Of a DNA stretch of 64,000 bases, positions 46,554 to 55,224 are shown piece after piece. The DNA is from Tidjanibacter sp. (GTDB lineage: Bacteria > Bacteroidota > Bacteroidia > Bacteroidales > Rikenellaceae): NCBI GenBank assembly GCA_045633985.1, contig JAZQZI010000020.1, forward strand, positions 1,442 to 65,441, read 5' to 3'. Under the pieces are notes generated by a model that saw only the letters and a list, made by a program, of their open reading frames with translations, was not told the origin of the DNA and made no database searches. Position 1 is the stretch's first letter. Every line of letters begins with the position of its first letter. A program made the position numbers and the translations under genes.

Positions 46554-47513
46554 ATGAGCTCCCGACTACCACTTTTTGCAGATTATCTGCGTGCCGAGCG
46601 CCGTCTTTCGGAGGGCACCGTGCACAACTACCTACGTGATTGTCAGGAGTTTATGGCGTGGTGCAACAGCTCTCCCGAGGAGTTCTGCCCCGAGCAGACC
46701 ACCTACGACGATGTGAGCGGATGGATGATGTCGCTTGCCGAGGCCAAAAAGGTAGTGACCCAAAGTGGGCCCAAGAGCAAAAAGCCTGCCTACACCCCCG
46801 CCAGCATCAACACCAAGGTCTGCTCCGTGAGGGCATATTTCAAGTGGCTCCACACGCTCAACTACATCCCCACCAACCCTACCGAGAAGTGCCACCTGAT
46901 GAAGACCCCCTCCCGACTCCCCACCTTCATTCCAGAGGAGCAGATGACCGATATTCTCTCCCACCTGGAGGAGATGCAGCAGAGCAATGACTACGAGGAA
47001 CGACGCAACGCCCTCATAGTGATGATGTTCTACTGCACGGGGCTGCGTTTGGCAGAGCTCACGGGGCTCACCCGCAACGATTTCACCCCCTCGTGGGATG
47101 CGGTACGAGTGGTGGGCAAGGGGCGCAAAGAGCGCATCGTACCAATTGTGAGCACGTTACGGCCCCACCTGGAGAGCTTCCACAAATTTACCCTGCAAAA
47201 TATTTGTGCATCTCGACAAAATTCATTAATTTTAACATCAGAAGGGGACCCAATGAGCCGTTATCAGATAGAGCGTGCGGTGCAGAGGGTGCTCGCCGAG
47301 TGTGGCGTGAAAGGTAAGCACAGCCCCCACGTGTTGCGCCACACATTTGCCACCCTGCTGCTGGAGAGGGGTGCGGATATCAGGGAGATACAGGAGTTGC
47401 TCGGCCACTCGTCGTTGGCGACAACGCAGATTTACACCCACAACAGCATCGCCCGCCTCAAGGAGGTCTATCGCACCGCCCACCCGAGAGGAAATACAAA
47501 CGGGAAACCATAA
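46554..47513 (+). CDS. xerC: tyrosine site-specific recombinase XerC/XerD-type
   Basis: ATG at 46554. It has an N-terminal SAM-like domain and the catalytic residues R...HVLRHTFAT...LLGH..LATTQIYTH. The housekeeping context with hpf downstream fits Xer. A TATCTTTG -7 box lies at 46516-46523. Confidence 0.75.
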   Translation: MSSRLPLFADYLRAERRLSEGTVHNYLRDCQEFMAWCNSSPEEFCPEQTTYDDVSGWMMSLAEAKKVVTQSGPKSKKPAYTPASINTKVCSVRAYFKWLHTLNYIPTNPTEKCHLMKTPSRLPTFIPEEQMTDILSHLEEMQQSNDYEERRNALIVMMFYCTGLRLAELTGLTRNDFTPSWDAVRVVGKGRKERIVPIVSTLRPHLESFHKFTLQNICASRQNSLILTSEGDPMSRYQIERAVQRVLAECGVKGKHSPHVLRHTFATLLLERGADIREIQELLGHSSLATTQIYTHNSIARLKEVYRTAHPRGNTNGKP

Positions 47514-47588
47514 AAAAAGGGGGGCAAAACAGAGACAACAACGCCCGAGAGGGCATATTATAAACACAATTAAAAAAAGGAGGATATT

Positions 47589-47885
47589 ATGAACGTTAAG
47601 ATCCAATCCGTAAAGTTCGATGCAGACAAGAAGCTCATCGACTTCATTGAGGCCAAAATGGACAAACTCGACCGCTTTGTGGAGCGAGCAGTCTCGGCAG
47701 AGGTTATCCTCAAACTCGACAAAGACCCCGAGCAGGGCAACAAGGTTGCAACAATCAAAATCGAGGTCCCCACAGATACCATCATCGCTGAGCACCAGAG
47801 CAAATCCTTCGAGGAGTCGGTTGACGGCGCTATCGACGCCATCAAGAAACAGCTCGAAAAACACAAAGATAAATTTGCAAAGTAG
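47589..47885 (+). CDS. hpf: ribosome hibernation-promoting factor (HPF/RaiA short form)
   Basis: 98-aa ORF beginning MNVKIQSVKFDADKKLIDFIEAKMDKL, preceded by an AGGAGG. Confidence 0.85.
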   Translation: MNVKIQSVKFDADKKLIDFIEAKMDKLDRFVERAVSAEVILKLDKDPEQGNKVATIKIEVPTDTIIAEHQSKSFEESVDGAIDAIKKQLEKHKDKFAK

Positions 47886-47903
47886 AAACCTAAAAAACAT
47901 CAT

Positions 47904-47940
47904 CGGCAACCCTCGCAACCCGGGGGTTGCCGTTTTGTTT
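47904..47940 (+). terminator. intrinsic terminator after hpf
   Basis: Stem CGGCAACCC/GGGTTGCCG followed by TTTTGTTT. Confidence 0.7.
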
Positions 47941-47991
47941 CCTTCGCAACAAAGCACCACGCAACAACCCTAATCTCACACATCTGTCACT

Positions 47992-48693
47992 ATGACCTTT
48001 AGACCCCTCGCCGACCTATTTCACCTCTTTGTGCCCCGCCGTTGTCCCGCCTGCGGAGCCAACCTTCTGGAGGGGGAGCAGCCCTTCTGTGTCCGCTGTC
48101 TGATGTCGGCACCCTACACCGACCACCCCACATCGGCCTCCAACAACCTCCTGGAGCATCTGCGAGAGGAGGTGCCCGTGGAGCGTGCAGCAGCCCTCAT
48201 AAGGTTCCCCAAAGGGTCTGTATGGCGAGAGGCTGTGCACAATTTCAAATATGCCGGAGGGTGGCGTGTGGCGCTTCAATCGGGCTATTGGTTGGGGGAG
48301 GCTCTGGCCGAAGGAGGGCTCTTCTACGACGTCGATATGGTGGTGGCCATCCCCCTCCACCCACGCAAAACACTCCGCAGGGGCTACAACCAGGCCGACT
48401 ACATAGCACAAGGGGTGGCCGAGGTGCTCCAAAGGCCCTGGGTGAGGGGCAACCTGCGAAGGGTGCGCAACAACCCCAGCCAGACCCTCAAGCGCACGCA
48501 CGAGAGGTGGGACAATGTGGAGGGTATCTTTGTGGTGCGCCATCCCGAGGAGTTTGCTGGCAAGCACATCTTGCTGGTGGACGACGTCATAACCTCGGGC
48601 GCCACCATAGGGTCGGCGGCGGAGGTCATTCTGAGGAGTTGTCCGGGTGCTCGGGTGAGCATAGCGGCCATTGCCACCGCCCACTACTACTAA
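47992..48693 (+). CDS. comF: ComF family protein (phosphoribosyltransferase domain)
   Basis: 233-aa ORF with an N-terminal CPACG...C..C zinc-finger-like motif and a C-terminal PRTase motif (ILLVDDVITSGAT). Confidence 0.8.
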   Translation: MTFRPLADLFHLFVPRRCPACGANLLEGEQPFCVRCLMSAPYTDHPTSASNNLLEHLREEVPVERAAALIRFPKGSVWREAVHNFKYAGGWRVALQSGYWLGEALAEGGLFYDVDMVVAIPLHPRKTLRRGYNQADYIAQGVAEVLQRPWVRGNLRRVRNNPSQTLKRTHERWDNVEGIFVVRHPEEFAGKHILLVDDVITSGATIGSAAEVILRSCPGARVSIAAIATAHYY

Positions 48694-48712
48694 CCTCCCC
48701 GTAAGATGCAAC

Positions 48713-48758
48713 AAAAACGAGAGAGGCCGACCTTTCGGGGTCGGCTTCTCTCGTTTAT
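48713..48758. terminator. bidirectional intrinsic terminator (comF / PiT)
   Basis: 15-bp stem CGAGAGAGGCCGACC/GGTCGGCTTCTCTCG with loop TTTC and flanking A and T runs. Confidence 0.75.
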
Positions 48759-48776
48759 ATGCACGCTGCGGGCCTA

Positions 48777-51002
48777 CTACATAGCCTGCTCGGTGCGCTG
48801 TGCCTCCACAAAGTACTTCTGCGACTTGAGCAGGTTGCGGCTCTGGAGCACCATAGTCTTTGTCTCATTGAGGATGGTGAGGTAGAGCATACTTGCCTTG
48901 GTCGAGGTGGAGTTATTCTGAATTCGACGGAGCTGATTCTTGATAGCCTGTGCAATCAACTCAAAGAGCTCATCACGCATAGCCAGCACCAGGTCGATAT
49001 TTGCAAAGTCGTTGGACTGGAGCATATCGTTGATGCGGGTGTAGAGCTCCGACACGGAGTTGTTGATGGTGGTGAGGTCCTCCACCTGCTCCTCACTCAT
49101 ACCACGGTGGTTGTTGTCGATATGCTCGAAGCAGGGACGGGTGATGTGAACGAGTGCCTTACACATCTCGCTGATGTAATCCACCACCTGCACATAGTAG
49201 TGACCTGTGTCGATGTAGTTCTCCTCGTGGAACTTGTGGAGCGTAGGCAGCATTGCATACTTACGCTCACGAGCTGCATAGAAGAGGTCGTTGGACTGAC
49301 GTACGAGGGTGCGGAGAGCCTTGCGGTCCTCACGGAGGGTTGCCTCGATGGTCTGTGCGTAGATGTTGGTAGTGGTCTGCATAGTCTGGCACACCTCGAT
49401 AACGATGTCGCCGAGTACCTCATTCTCGTTCTCCGAGAGATTAACCTTGACACTCTCCTCCTTCTGGGCGCCTTTTTTCTTCTTGGGCAGCATCATATAG
49501 ATGCAGACGAGCGAGAGGACGATGATGGCCACCATACCGCCCCAGTGGAGCAGGAGGGTGATGATGATGGAGAGCACAAAGGCGGCAAGACCCGTAACGA
49601 ACCAACCGGCCACCACGGTGATAACGCCTGTGATGCGATATACGGCGCTCTCACGGCCCCACGCCTTGTCGGCGAGCGACGAACCCATAGCCACCATAAA
49701 GGTTACGTAGGTGGTCGAGAGGGGGAGCTGGAGCGAGGTACCGATGATAATCAGCATCGAGCCTGCGGTGAGGTTCACGGCGGCACGGATGAGGTCATAC
49801 TGACCGAAGTCGGCGCCGAGCTCTGCGGCCGAGGGGGCCTCGAAACGGCGAGCCACCGCTACACGCATACGCTTGGGAGTGTGGTCCTCAAACCAGCGGC
49901 TGCAACCTACGGCCACACGCACAATGGCACGGGAGAATGCCGACGAGCCAAACTTCTCTGCGCCATCGTCCTGTGTGGAGGAGAGGGAGAGCTCTGTGTC
50001 GCTCACATTCTCGGTCTTCTTGGAGGTCCACAGGGTCAAAATCATAATCAGACCCGAGGCCACCAGGAAGAGGGTGTCGGCCTTCACGGGGTTGTTGAGC
50101 GCACCCATCAACATATCGGGGTTGCCGGTTGCCTGTGCAATCTTCCACGAGTCGAGGCCTGCGAGGGGTACACCGATGAAGTTCACCAGGTCGTTACCTG
50201 CAAATGCCAGAGCGAGCGAGAAGGTACCGGCGAGGATGGTAATTTTGAGGATGTTCACCTTGCAGAGCTGCAGGAGGAACATCAACAGCGAGCTTGCGAC
50301 AAACACTGCGAGCAGACAGATGGCTGTATGGTCGTTGATGTAGGCCACCAAATCTACTGCCAAGCCCGACGACTTCAGACCTTTGATGAGGGCGAAATAG
50401 ACGATGATTGTGAAGGCCACGCCACACCACAGGGCGCCCCAACGACGGAGCTGCTTGTGATAGCGGAAGGTGAAAATCAGTCGGCTCAGGAACATCAGGA
50501 TGGTACCTGTCACAAAGGCGACAACCACCGAGAGGAGGATACCGGCAATCATTGCCAGCGCCTTGCCGGAGTTGATGAGGGTCACGGGGTGACCGTCGGG
50601 GCCGAGGATGGGCTCCTTGAAGAGCGCCACAGCGATGGCCGAGCCGAGCAGACCGAATACGAGTGCCACGGTGGTGGAGGTGGGCAATCCGAGCGAGTTG
50701 AAGACATCCAGGAGGATGACATTGGCGAACATCACACCGAGGAAGAGAATCATCACTTCGTGGAATGTGAAGAACTCAGGATAATAGACACCGCTTCGTG
50801 CAACCTCCATCATACCGCTGGAGGTGAGGGCGCCGATGAGGATACCCACGGAGGCGATGGTGAGAATCACCTTTTTAGGGGCAGCTTTGGAGCCGTAGGC
50901 GGAGTTAAGGAAGTTTACGGCGTCGTTCGACACGCCCACATAAAGACCGCCGATAGCCAGAAGGATGAGTACCACGACGGCGAAAATGTAAATAGCTGAC
51001 AT
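48777..51002 (-). CDS. inorganic phosphate transporter (PiT family) with a large soluble insert or C-terminal regulatory region
   Basis: 741-aa ORF with PiT signatures (GVSNDAVNFL and GNDLVNFIGVP) and a hydrophilic helical C-terminal region of about 200 aa. A TACATTTG -7 box lies at 51042-51049 on the minus strand. Confidence 0.8.
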   Translation of the reverse strand: MSAIYIFAVVVLILLAIGGLYVGVSNDAVNFLNSAYGSKAAPKKVILTIASVGILIGALTSSGMMEVARSGVYYPEFFTFHEVMILFLGVMFANVILLDVFNSLGLPTSTTVALVFGLLGSAIAVALFKEPILGPDGHPVTLINSGKALAMIAGILLSVVVAFVTGTILMFLSRLIFTFRYHKQLRRWGALWCGVAFTIIVYFALIKGLKSSGLAVDLVAYINDHTAICLLAVFVASSLLMFLLQLCKVNILKITILAGTFSLALAFAGNDLVNFIGVPLAGLDSWKIAQATGNPDMLMGALNNPVKADTLFLVASGLIMILTLWTSKKTENVSDTELSLSSTQDDGAEKFGSSAFSRAIVRVAVGCSRWFEDHTPKRMRVAVARRFEAPSAAELGADFGQYDLIRAAVNLTAGSMLIIIGTSLQLPLSTTYVTFMVAMGSSLADKAWGRESAVYRITGVITVVAGWFVTGLAAFVLSIIITLLLHWGGMVAIIVLSLVCIYMMLPKKKKGAQKEESVKVNLSENENEVLGDIVIEVCQTMQTTTNIYAQTIEATLREDRKALRTLVRQSNDLFYAARERKYAMLPTLHKFHEENYIDTGHYYVQVVDYISEMCKALVHITRPCFEHIDNNHRGMSEEQVEDLTTINNSVSELYTRINDMLQSNDFANIDLVLAMRDELFELIAQAIKNQLRRIQNNSTSTKASMLYLTILNETKTMVLQSRNLLKSQKYFVEAQRTEQAM

Positions 51003-51141
51003 TTATACTTTAGTTTGGTTAATATGCAGATTTTTACGCCACAAATGTAGCCCCATTTTTCGATCCTTCCATAGGCCCCATTCTCAATTAACAAAAACTT
51101 AAAATCTGCGTAACACTAAATTAACAATGTGGGGCGTTAGG

Positions 51142-51168
51142 GGTGTTATAGGAGTTATAGGGGTTATG
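51142..51168. repeat. 9-mer array (copy e) overlapping the 3' end of the four-helix-bundle gene
   Basis: GGTGTTATA GGAGTTATA GGGGTTATG, preceded by the G-rich tract GTGGGGCGTTAGGGG. Confidence 0.75.
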
Positions 51169-51727
51169 GTTCGATTTTAGCCCTGGAGGCCACACGTACA
51201 CGGGTCATCTCCTCTCTTACACCGCCATTGGTTATGAATGCCTCTTTCCGGCTCTCAATCAGTTTTCCGAGAAGCGTATCTGTTTGGTGGAGGAGTATTA
51301 TGGCAATGTTGGCGACCGTTTCATCCGTACGCACAGCCACTATTTCACGATAATATGCGGAGTCGTTGTGCTCTCTGCACAGCTGCCTTGCCACGGTATA
51401 TTTTTCGTCGGCGACACTCCACATACAAAGATTTCTCACCCTCAGATAATCTTCGTAGTCTGCGAGCAACTCCTTGAGGCTTGCACGTGCGACATTGAGT
51501 AGCTTGAGCTCCATTTCGGAGGAGGTGGGGGCAGCTGCTGTGCCCTCCACAATGTTTTGTTTTCCGGAGCGTGCAGCTTGCACCATTTGGTCTATTGTGC
51601 GGTCGCTTTTGTCGAGAAATTTGTGGGCAAAGATGTAGGTTGTATCATAGATGCACTCCGCCTTCTGATAGACAATCAGATTTTTGTAATTGCCTTTGGA
51701 TGAGAGGAATTTGGTGTTGGTAGCCAT
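51164..51727 (-). CDS. four-helix-bundle protein (23S rRNA intervening-sequence protein / Avd-like family) with C-terminal extension
   Basis: 187-aa ORF. Its N-terminal segment YKNLIVYQKAECIYDTTYIF...QMVQAARSGKQNIVEG is typical of the family. A consensus promoter (-7 TATCTTTG at 51744-51751, -33 TTTG at 51772-51775, 20-nt spacer) lies just upstream. Confidence 0.75.
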   Translation of the reverse strand: MATNTKFLSSKGNYKNLIVYQKAECIYDTTYIFAHKFLDKSDRTIDQMVQAARSGKQNIVEGTAAAPTSSEMELKLLNVARASLKELLADYEDYLRVRNLCMWSVADEKYTVARQLCREHNDSAYYREIVAVRTDETVANIAIILLHQTDTLLGKLIESRKEAFITNGGVREEMTRVRVASRAKIEP

Positions 51728-51790
51728 AATCGTGTGTTTACCACAAAGATAAACCCCCGAGAGATAAATTGCAAATAATTTTTAGATTTT

Positions 51791-51932
51791 TTATAGGAGT
51801 TATAGGAATTATAAGAATTATAGGAGTTATAAGAGTTATAGGCATCTTTCCCCCATTACTCCCATTACTCCTATCACTCCCATTACTCCTATCACTCCTA
51901 TTACTCCTATCACTCCCATCACTCCCATCACC
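51791..51932. repeat. inverted 9-mer arrays (copy f)
   Basis: TTATAGGAG-type x6 (51791-51844), a short loop, then CCCATTACT/CCTATCACT-type x9 (51852-51932). The second array is roughly the reverse complement of the first, so the two could form a long imperfect hairpin or cruciform. Confidence 0.85.
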
Positions 51933-51954
51933 CCTCCTCTCCTCCCCCCACCAA

Positions 51955-51983
51955 CAAAAAAAGCACCCCCTTTACGGAGGTGC
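51955..51983 (-). terminator. intrinsic terminator after the lipoprotein gene
   Basis: On the minus strand: GCACCTCC-GTAAA-GGGGGTGC (one G-U pair) followed by TTTTTTT. Confidence 0.7.
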
Positions 51984-52031
51984 TTTCTCGTGAATCTATT
52001 TTGCAAGTAGCCTCGCTACACTGCAATTATT

Positions 52032-53963
52032 TTAGTTGATACCAATCTCACTGCCTTTAAGAGTGTTGCCCTCTGCCTTGATGGTAACTTTGGAATCATT
52101 AGACTTCCAGTTCCCGCCATTATTAACAAGGAAGTTGATAGTCTTGCCAACCAACTCAGAAGGAACAACGATGCTCCAAGTGTAGTTACCCTCAGATGTC
52201 ATAGTATTTCCGGGCCAAGTGGTGTCGAACGAAGTGCCGGTATCCCAAACGTGAATCTTCATAGTGTTTCCCCACCACTGCTTAGAGTTATCGGTGTCGA
52301 GAGTAATTTTCAGTTTGATAACGGTCTCCTCGAGAGTAATGGTTGCACCAGTTTTGCTGATGTTTATACTACCAGTCGAGTTCTTGGAACCATTCGAGAG
52401 AGTATAAGAGAGGTCCTCTCCGATGTAGTCACCGCTAATTGCATACTTGTTATCAGTTACAGTTGCGTTATTTACGATAGTGGTATCACCATTCTTCAAA
52501 GTGATGTAGAGGGGACTCCAATTAGCCTTGTTGTTGATAGTGATGTTAACCATAAGGTTGGTGTACTCCTCAGCTACAGTGTACTTGAACGCTTTGGTCT
52601 CGGGGTTGAAATAGATGTCGAACTTGCCGTTCTTGGTCACTTTGATGTCTTGGCCACCAGCCTGAACAAGAGTGTACTCTGTGTCTATTTCTGCTTTCAA
52701 AACAGAATCTTTGTTACCGCCGTAGCTTACATCCCAAGAGTTGCCCTCAACAAACTTGAACGCATCGTCTTTGTAGAGCTCTACGCCATTGGCAACAATC
52801 CAACCATCACCATTATCGGTCATAGCAACAGGTTTTTCAACATCCCAGCCTTGGAACGAACCAACAACACCAATGGCGGGTACAGGAATCTCATAGTCGG
52901 CAGTCTGCCAAGTGCATTCATCCCAACCGATAATGTAGCAGTAATTGTTGGGGGCTGCGCTGATGGTGAGGTCGTCGGTCTGTGTCCAAACAACACCATC
53001 CCAAGTACCAAAGTTGGCTTCTGTTGCGGTGTTTGCCATACGGCAGAAGATAACACTATCGAAGTCCTTGGGAATCTCGCACTCATATACACCGTCTGCA
53101 TCCTCGTCGGTCATCTTCACCCAATTGTTGATAGCAGCACGAGTCTGTACGCTGGAGGCTGCATTGAAGAAGTAAGCTGCAAACCAAGCGTTGTCAGCCT
53201 TCCAATTGTTGTTGGGAACAAGGTAGAGTTTCTCTGCGGGAACAACAACCTCCTCTGCCTCGATAGTGCCGAGGTTGTAGATTTTGCCGTTGGCAAAGTT
53301 GCGGGTAATCTGTTTTACGACTTCGCCGTCAATAGAAGCGGTGAGGGTCAAGTCTGTGCCATCAACAGTACCTGCCCAAACATAGAAAGGAACCCAAATA
53401 TCCTCGCCTGTCAATTCGGGGGTAGATGCAGTCAACTCGTCGTTGTAGCAGAAGGCATCGTAATCGCCACCCTCTACAGTGAGGACTACATTTTCGGAGC
53501 TGCTAAAGTGGAAGAACGAGTTCTCGACAGACAACTCAATGTTCATACCATTCACAAAAGTAACCTCGCCGTTAGCAAGGCCAAGGCACATACCTGCTTT
53601 ACCTGCCTTAGAGTCAAAACCATAGTCCGAAGCATAGTAATTCACAGAGACAATTTTACCAACAAGGTTGTTTACGTTTTCCTCCTCGCACACAAACTTC
53701 TCACCGTTGAAAGTGAAAGTGAAGGTGACAGGTTCTTCGTTTTCATCAATATAAGTCACATCGAGATCGTCACCTTCCTGCCATACTACGGGGTAACCAT
53801 TGCCCTCATCGAAGTCGCCAATGGTGATACGGGTCATCTCAACCTCTGCGGTAAACGACAGGCCCTCGCTCTCGGGGGCAATGTTCTCATTGATGTCATT
53901 CTGGCAAGCTACTGCGCCCAAGGCAACAATAGCGCTCGCAATAAAATAGAAAATCTTTTTCAT
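52032..53963 (-). CDS. surface lipoprotein with several putative carbohydrate-binding modules (SusE/SusF- and CBM26-like)
   Basis: 643-aa ORF with a lipoprotein signal (LGAVAC). Repeated W...W/G-W-D...FKF and WPG..M segments recall starch-binding modules. G+C is clearly lower than in the flanks (one 60-nt line counted at 42 %). The functional call is tentative. Confidence 0.5.
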   Translation of the reverse strand: MKKIFYFIASAIVALGAVACQNDINENIAPESEGLSFTAEVEMTRITIGDFDEGNGYPVVWQEGDDLDVTYIDENEEPVTFTFTFNGEKFVCEEENVNNLVGKIVSVNYYASDYGFDSKAGKAGMCLGLANGEVTFVNGMNIELSVENSFFHFSSSENVVLTVEGGDYDAFCYNDELTASTPELTGEDIWVPFYVWAGTVDGTDLTLTASIDGEVVKQITRNFANGKIYNLGTIEAEEVVVPAEKLYLVPNNNWKADNAWFAAYFFNAASSVQTRAAINNWVKMTDEDADGVYECEIPKDFDSVIFCRMANTATEANFGTWDGVVWTQTDDLTISAAPNNYCYIIGWDECTWQTADYEIPVPAIGVVGSFQGWDVEKPVAMTDNGDGWIVANGVELYKDDAFKFVEGNSWDVSYGGNKDSVLKAEIDTEYTLVQAGGQDIKVTKNGKFDIYFNPETKAFKYTVAEEYTNLMVNITINNKANWSPLYITLKNGDTTIVNNATVTDNKYAISGDYIGEDLSYTLSNGSKNSTGSINISKTGATITLEETVIKLKITLDTDNSKQWWGNTMKIHVWDTGTSFDTTWPGNTMTSEGNYTWSIVVPSELVGKTINFLVNNGGNWKSNDSKVTIKAEGNTLKGSEIGIN

Positions 53964-54002
53964 CTCTTTCTCTCTTTTGCTAATTGTTAAACTTGGGATT
54001 AA

Positions 54003-54137
54003 TTACCACACTACATCCTCCTCGGTGAGGTAGATGTCGGCGATACCGTCAACGGTCTGGATGCTGGCAGCGATGCCCTGCTCGATAGCCATCTCAACAC
54101 TCTCAATGGCGGGAGCAACATAATTGGTTTTCTTCAT
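54003..54137 (-). CDS. unlisted 44-aa acidic small ORF upstream of the lipoprotein gene
   Basis: Manual translation gives MKKTNYVAPAIESVEMAIEQGIAASIQTVDGIADIYLTEEDVVW. It has an ATG start and a TAA stop, lies 39 nt upstream of the lipoprotein ATG on the same strand, and falls below the ORF-track length cutoff. Confidence 0.3.
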   Translation of the reverse strand: MKKTNYVAPAIESVEMAIEQGIAASIQTVDGIADIYLTEEDVVW

Positions 54138-54290
54138 TGTTTGGTTTAGTTTTTAGTATAAATTGTTTGTTTGGTTGTTTGTCCAATTTTTTTGCAAACG
54201 CAAAAATAGTTTTTTTCAACCACAATTGCAACTTCCCCGCCCCCAACAGCACACATTTGCCGACAAACAGGGTACACGACACGACCAATT

Positions 54291-54412
54291 GAAATTCAAA
54301 ATTCAAAATTCAAAATTCAAAATTGCGAGTAAGCGAGAGCAGAACAAACTTGTTTGTTATGCCGAGCGTGAGCAATTAAAAGCCCTCGAAGAGGGGTTAA
54401 AATTCAATATTG
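54291..54412 (-). repeat. composite intergenic element, copy c (no 9-mer arms)
   Basis: (G/A)AAATTC x4-5 (54291-54325) followed by a core with hairpins at 54343-54358 and 54383-54395. These hairpins differ in sequence from copies a and b but keep the pairing. After the core come a GCCCCC...GGGGGC hairpin (54419-54443) and a GGTCGTC x2 tract. Confidence 0.85.
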
Positions 54413-54463
54413 ACACACGCCCCCTCTATGTTAGAATGGGGGCTGTTGTCGGTCGTCGGTCGT

Positions 54464-54491
54464 CATAAAATAAGGCGCCGTGTGGCGCCTT
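54464..54491 (-). terminator. intrinsic terminator after the 229-aa gene
   Basis: AAGGCGCC-ACAC-GGCGCCTT followed by ATTTTAT on the minus strand. Confidence 0.65.
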
Positions 54492-54496
54492 CACTT

Positions 54497-55186
54497 TTAT
54501 ATGTCGTCCGAGCGGAACTCATACCCCAACCTCTTACCCGTCTGGAGCTTGGTATTCTCCTGGCGGGAGAGGAACTGCTCGGCAGCCACCGTCTTCACGG
54601 TGTCGTAGGCGGGCACCAGCAGGTCGAAGCTGAGCGCATAGAGCATCGCACGCTCCAAAATCTCCAAAATCGCCTCCCTCGAAACGCTCTCCTTGCCGAA
54701 ATCATCGACCCTCCAGCGCTCCTGGCGTTTGCCCTCAACAAAGAACTTACCCTCACGGTTCACAAAAATTCGACCAATGAGGTAGCCCTCATCCTCCTCA
54801 CGTTTATACTTCATAGAGTCCGCCAAGAAGTTGTAGATGTTAATCACACCGCAGTAGCCGTTGGCACGGTCGGCCTGGACATAGGGGTTGTGCCAAATAC
54901 GGTGGCCACGCTCAAAATTGAAGACGTTGGTGTGCATAACAAACACCAACAGGTCGCCCGCAATCTGTATCTGCGCCTCAAACTTGCCTCGGTCGCTATA
55001 CTCGATGCGGATACGTTTGTCGATACGCTCGTCGAGCTCCTCGTCAATCTCCGTGGAGAACTCGTGGAGTGCGTCCTTCAGCTCCGCAAAAAGGGCATTA
55101 GTATTGTCGAAAATCTGTTGTTTGAGCCCCGACTTGGTCACCAGAAGCTCCTTAATGTGAGTACGTAACTCGGATTGTGATTCCAT
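54497..55186 (-). CDS. hypothetical protein (229 aa)
   Basis: Intact ORF with codon usage like the core genes and 38 nt downstream of the glucosaminidase gene on the same strand. I recognise no motif. Confidence 0.55.
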   Translation of the reverse strand: MESQSELRTHIKELLVTKSGLKQQIFDNTNALFAELKDALHEFSTEIDEELDERIDKRIRIEYSDRGKFEAQIQIAGDLLVFVMHTNVFNFERGHRIWHNPYVQADRANGYCGVINIYNFLADSMKYKREEDEGYLIGRIFVNREGKFFVEGKRQERWRVDDFGKESVSREAILEILERAMLYALSFDLLVPAYDTVKTVAAEQFLSRQENTKLQTGKRLGYEFRSDDI

Positions 55187-55224
55187 AGATATTATTATGA
55201 GTTGTTATCTTTCTTTGTGCAACA

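Noticed and set aside
46554-47513. Tyrosine recombinase as the integrase of a mobile element.
   Set aside because: It is flanked by core genes (bamD and hpf) with typical composition, and I saw no att-like repeats or cargo. The context fits the housekeeping XerC/XerD-type recombinase.
51024-51113. Inverted repeat GCAGATTTT / AAAATCTGC bracketing the predicted PiT promoter, considered as a possible invertible (phase-variable) promoter or operator pair.
   Set aside because: The repeat is only 9 bp (11 with one mismatch) and the arms are about 65 bp apart. There is no invertase nearby, and chance occurrence in AT-rich intergenic DNA is plausible. It would be worth testing only if read data show both orientations.
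51164-53963. Diversity-generating retroelement, given the Avd-like four-helix-bundle gene next to a surface lipoprotein.
   Set aside because: There is no reverse transcriptase ORF anywhere in the window. By eye I found no template/variable repeat pair with adenine-specific differences. Stand-alone four-helix-bundle genes are common in Bacteroidota.
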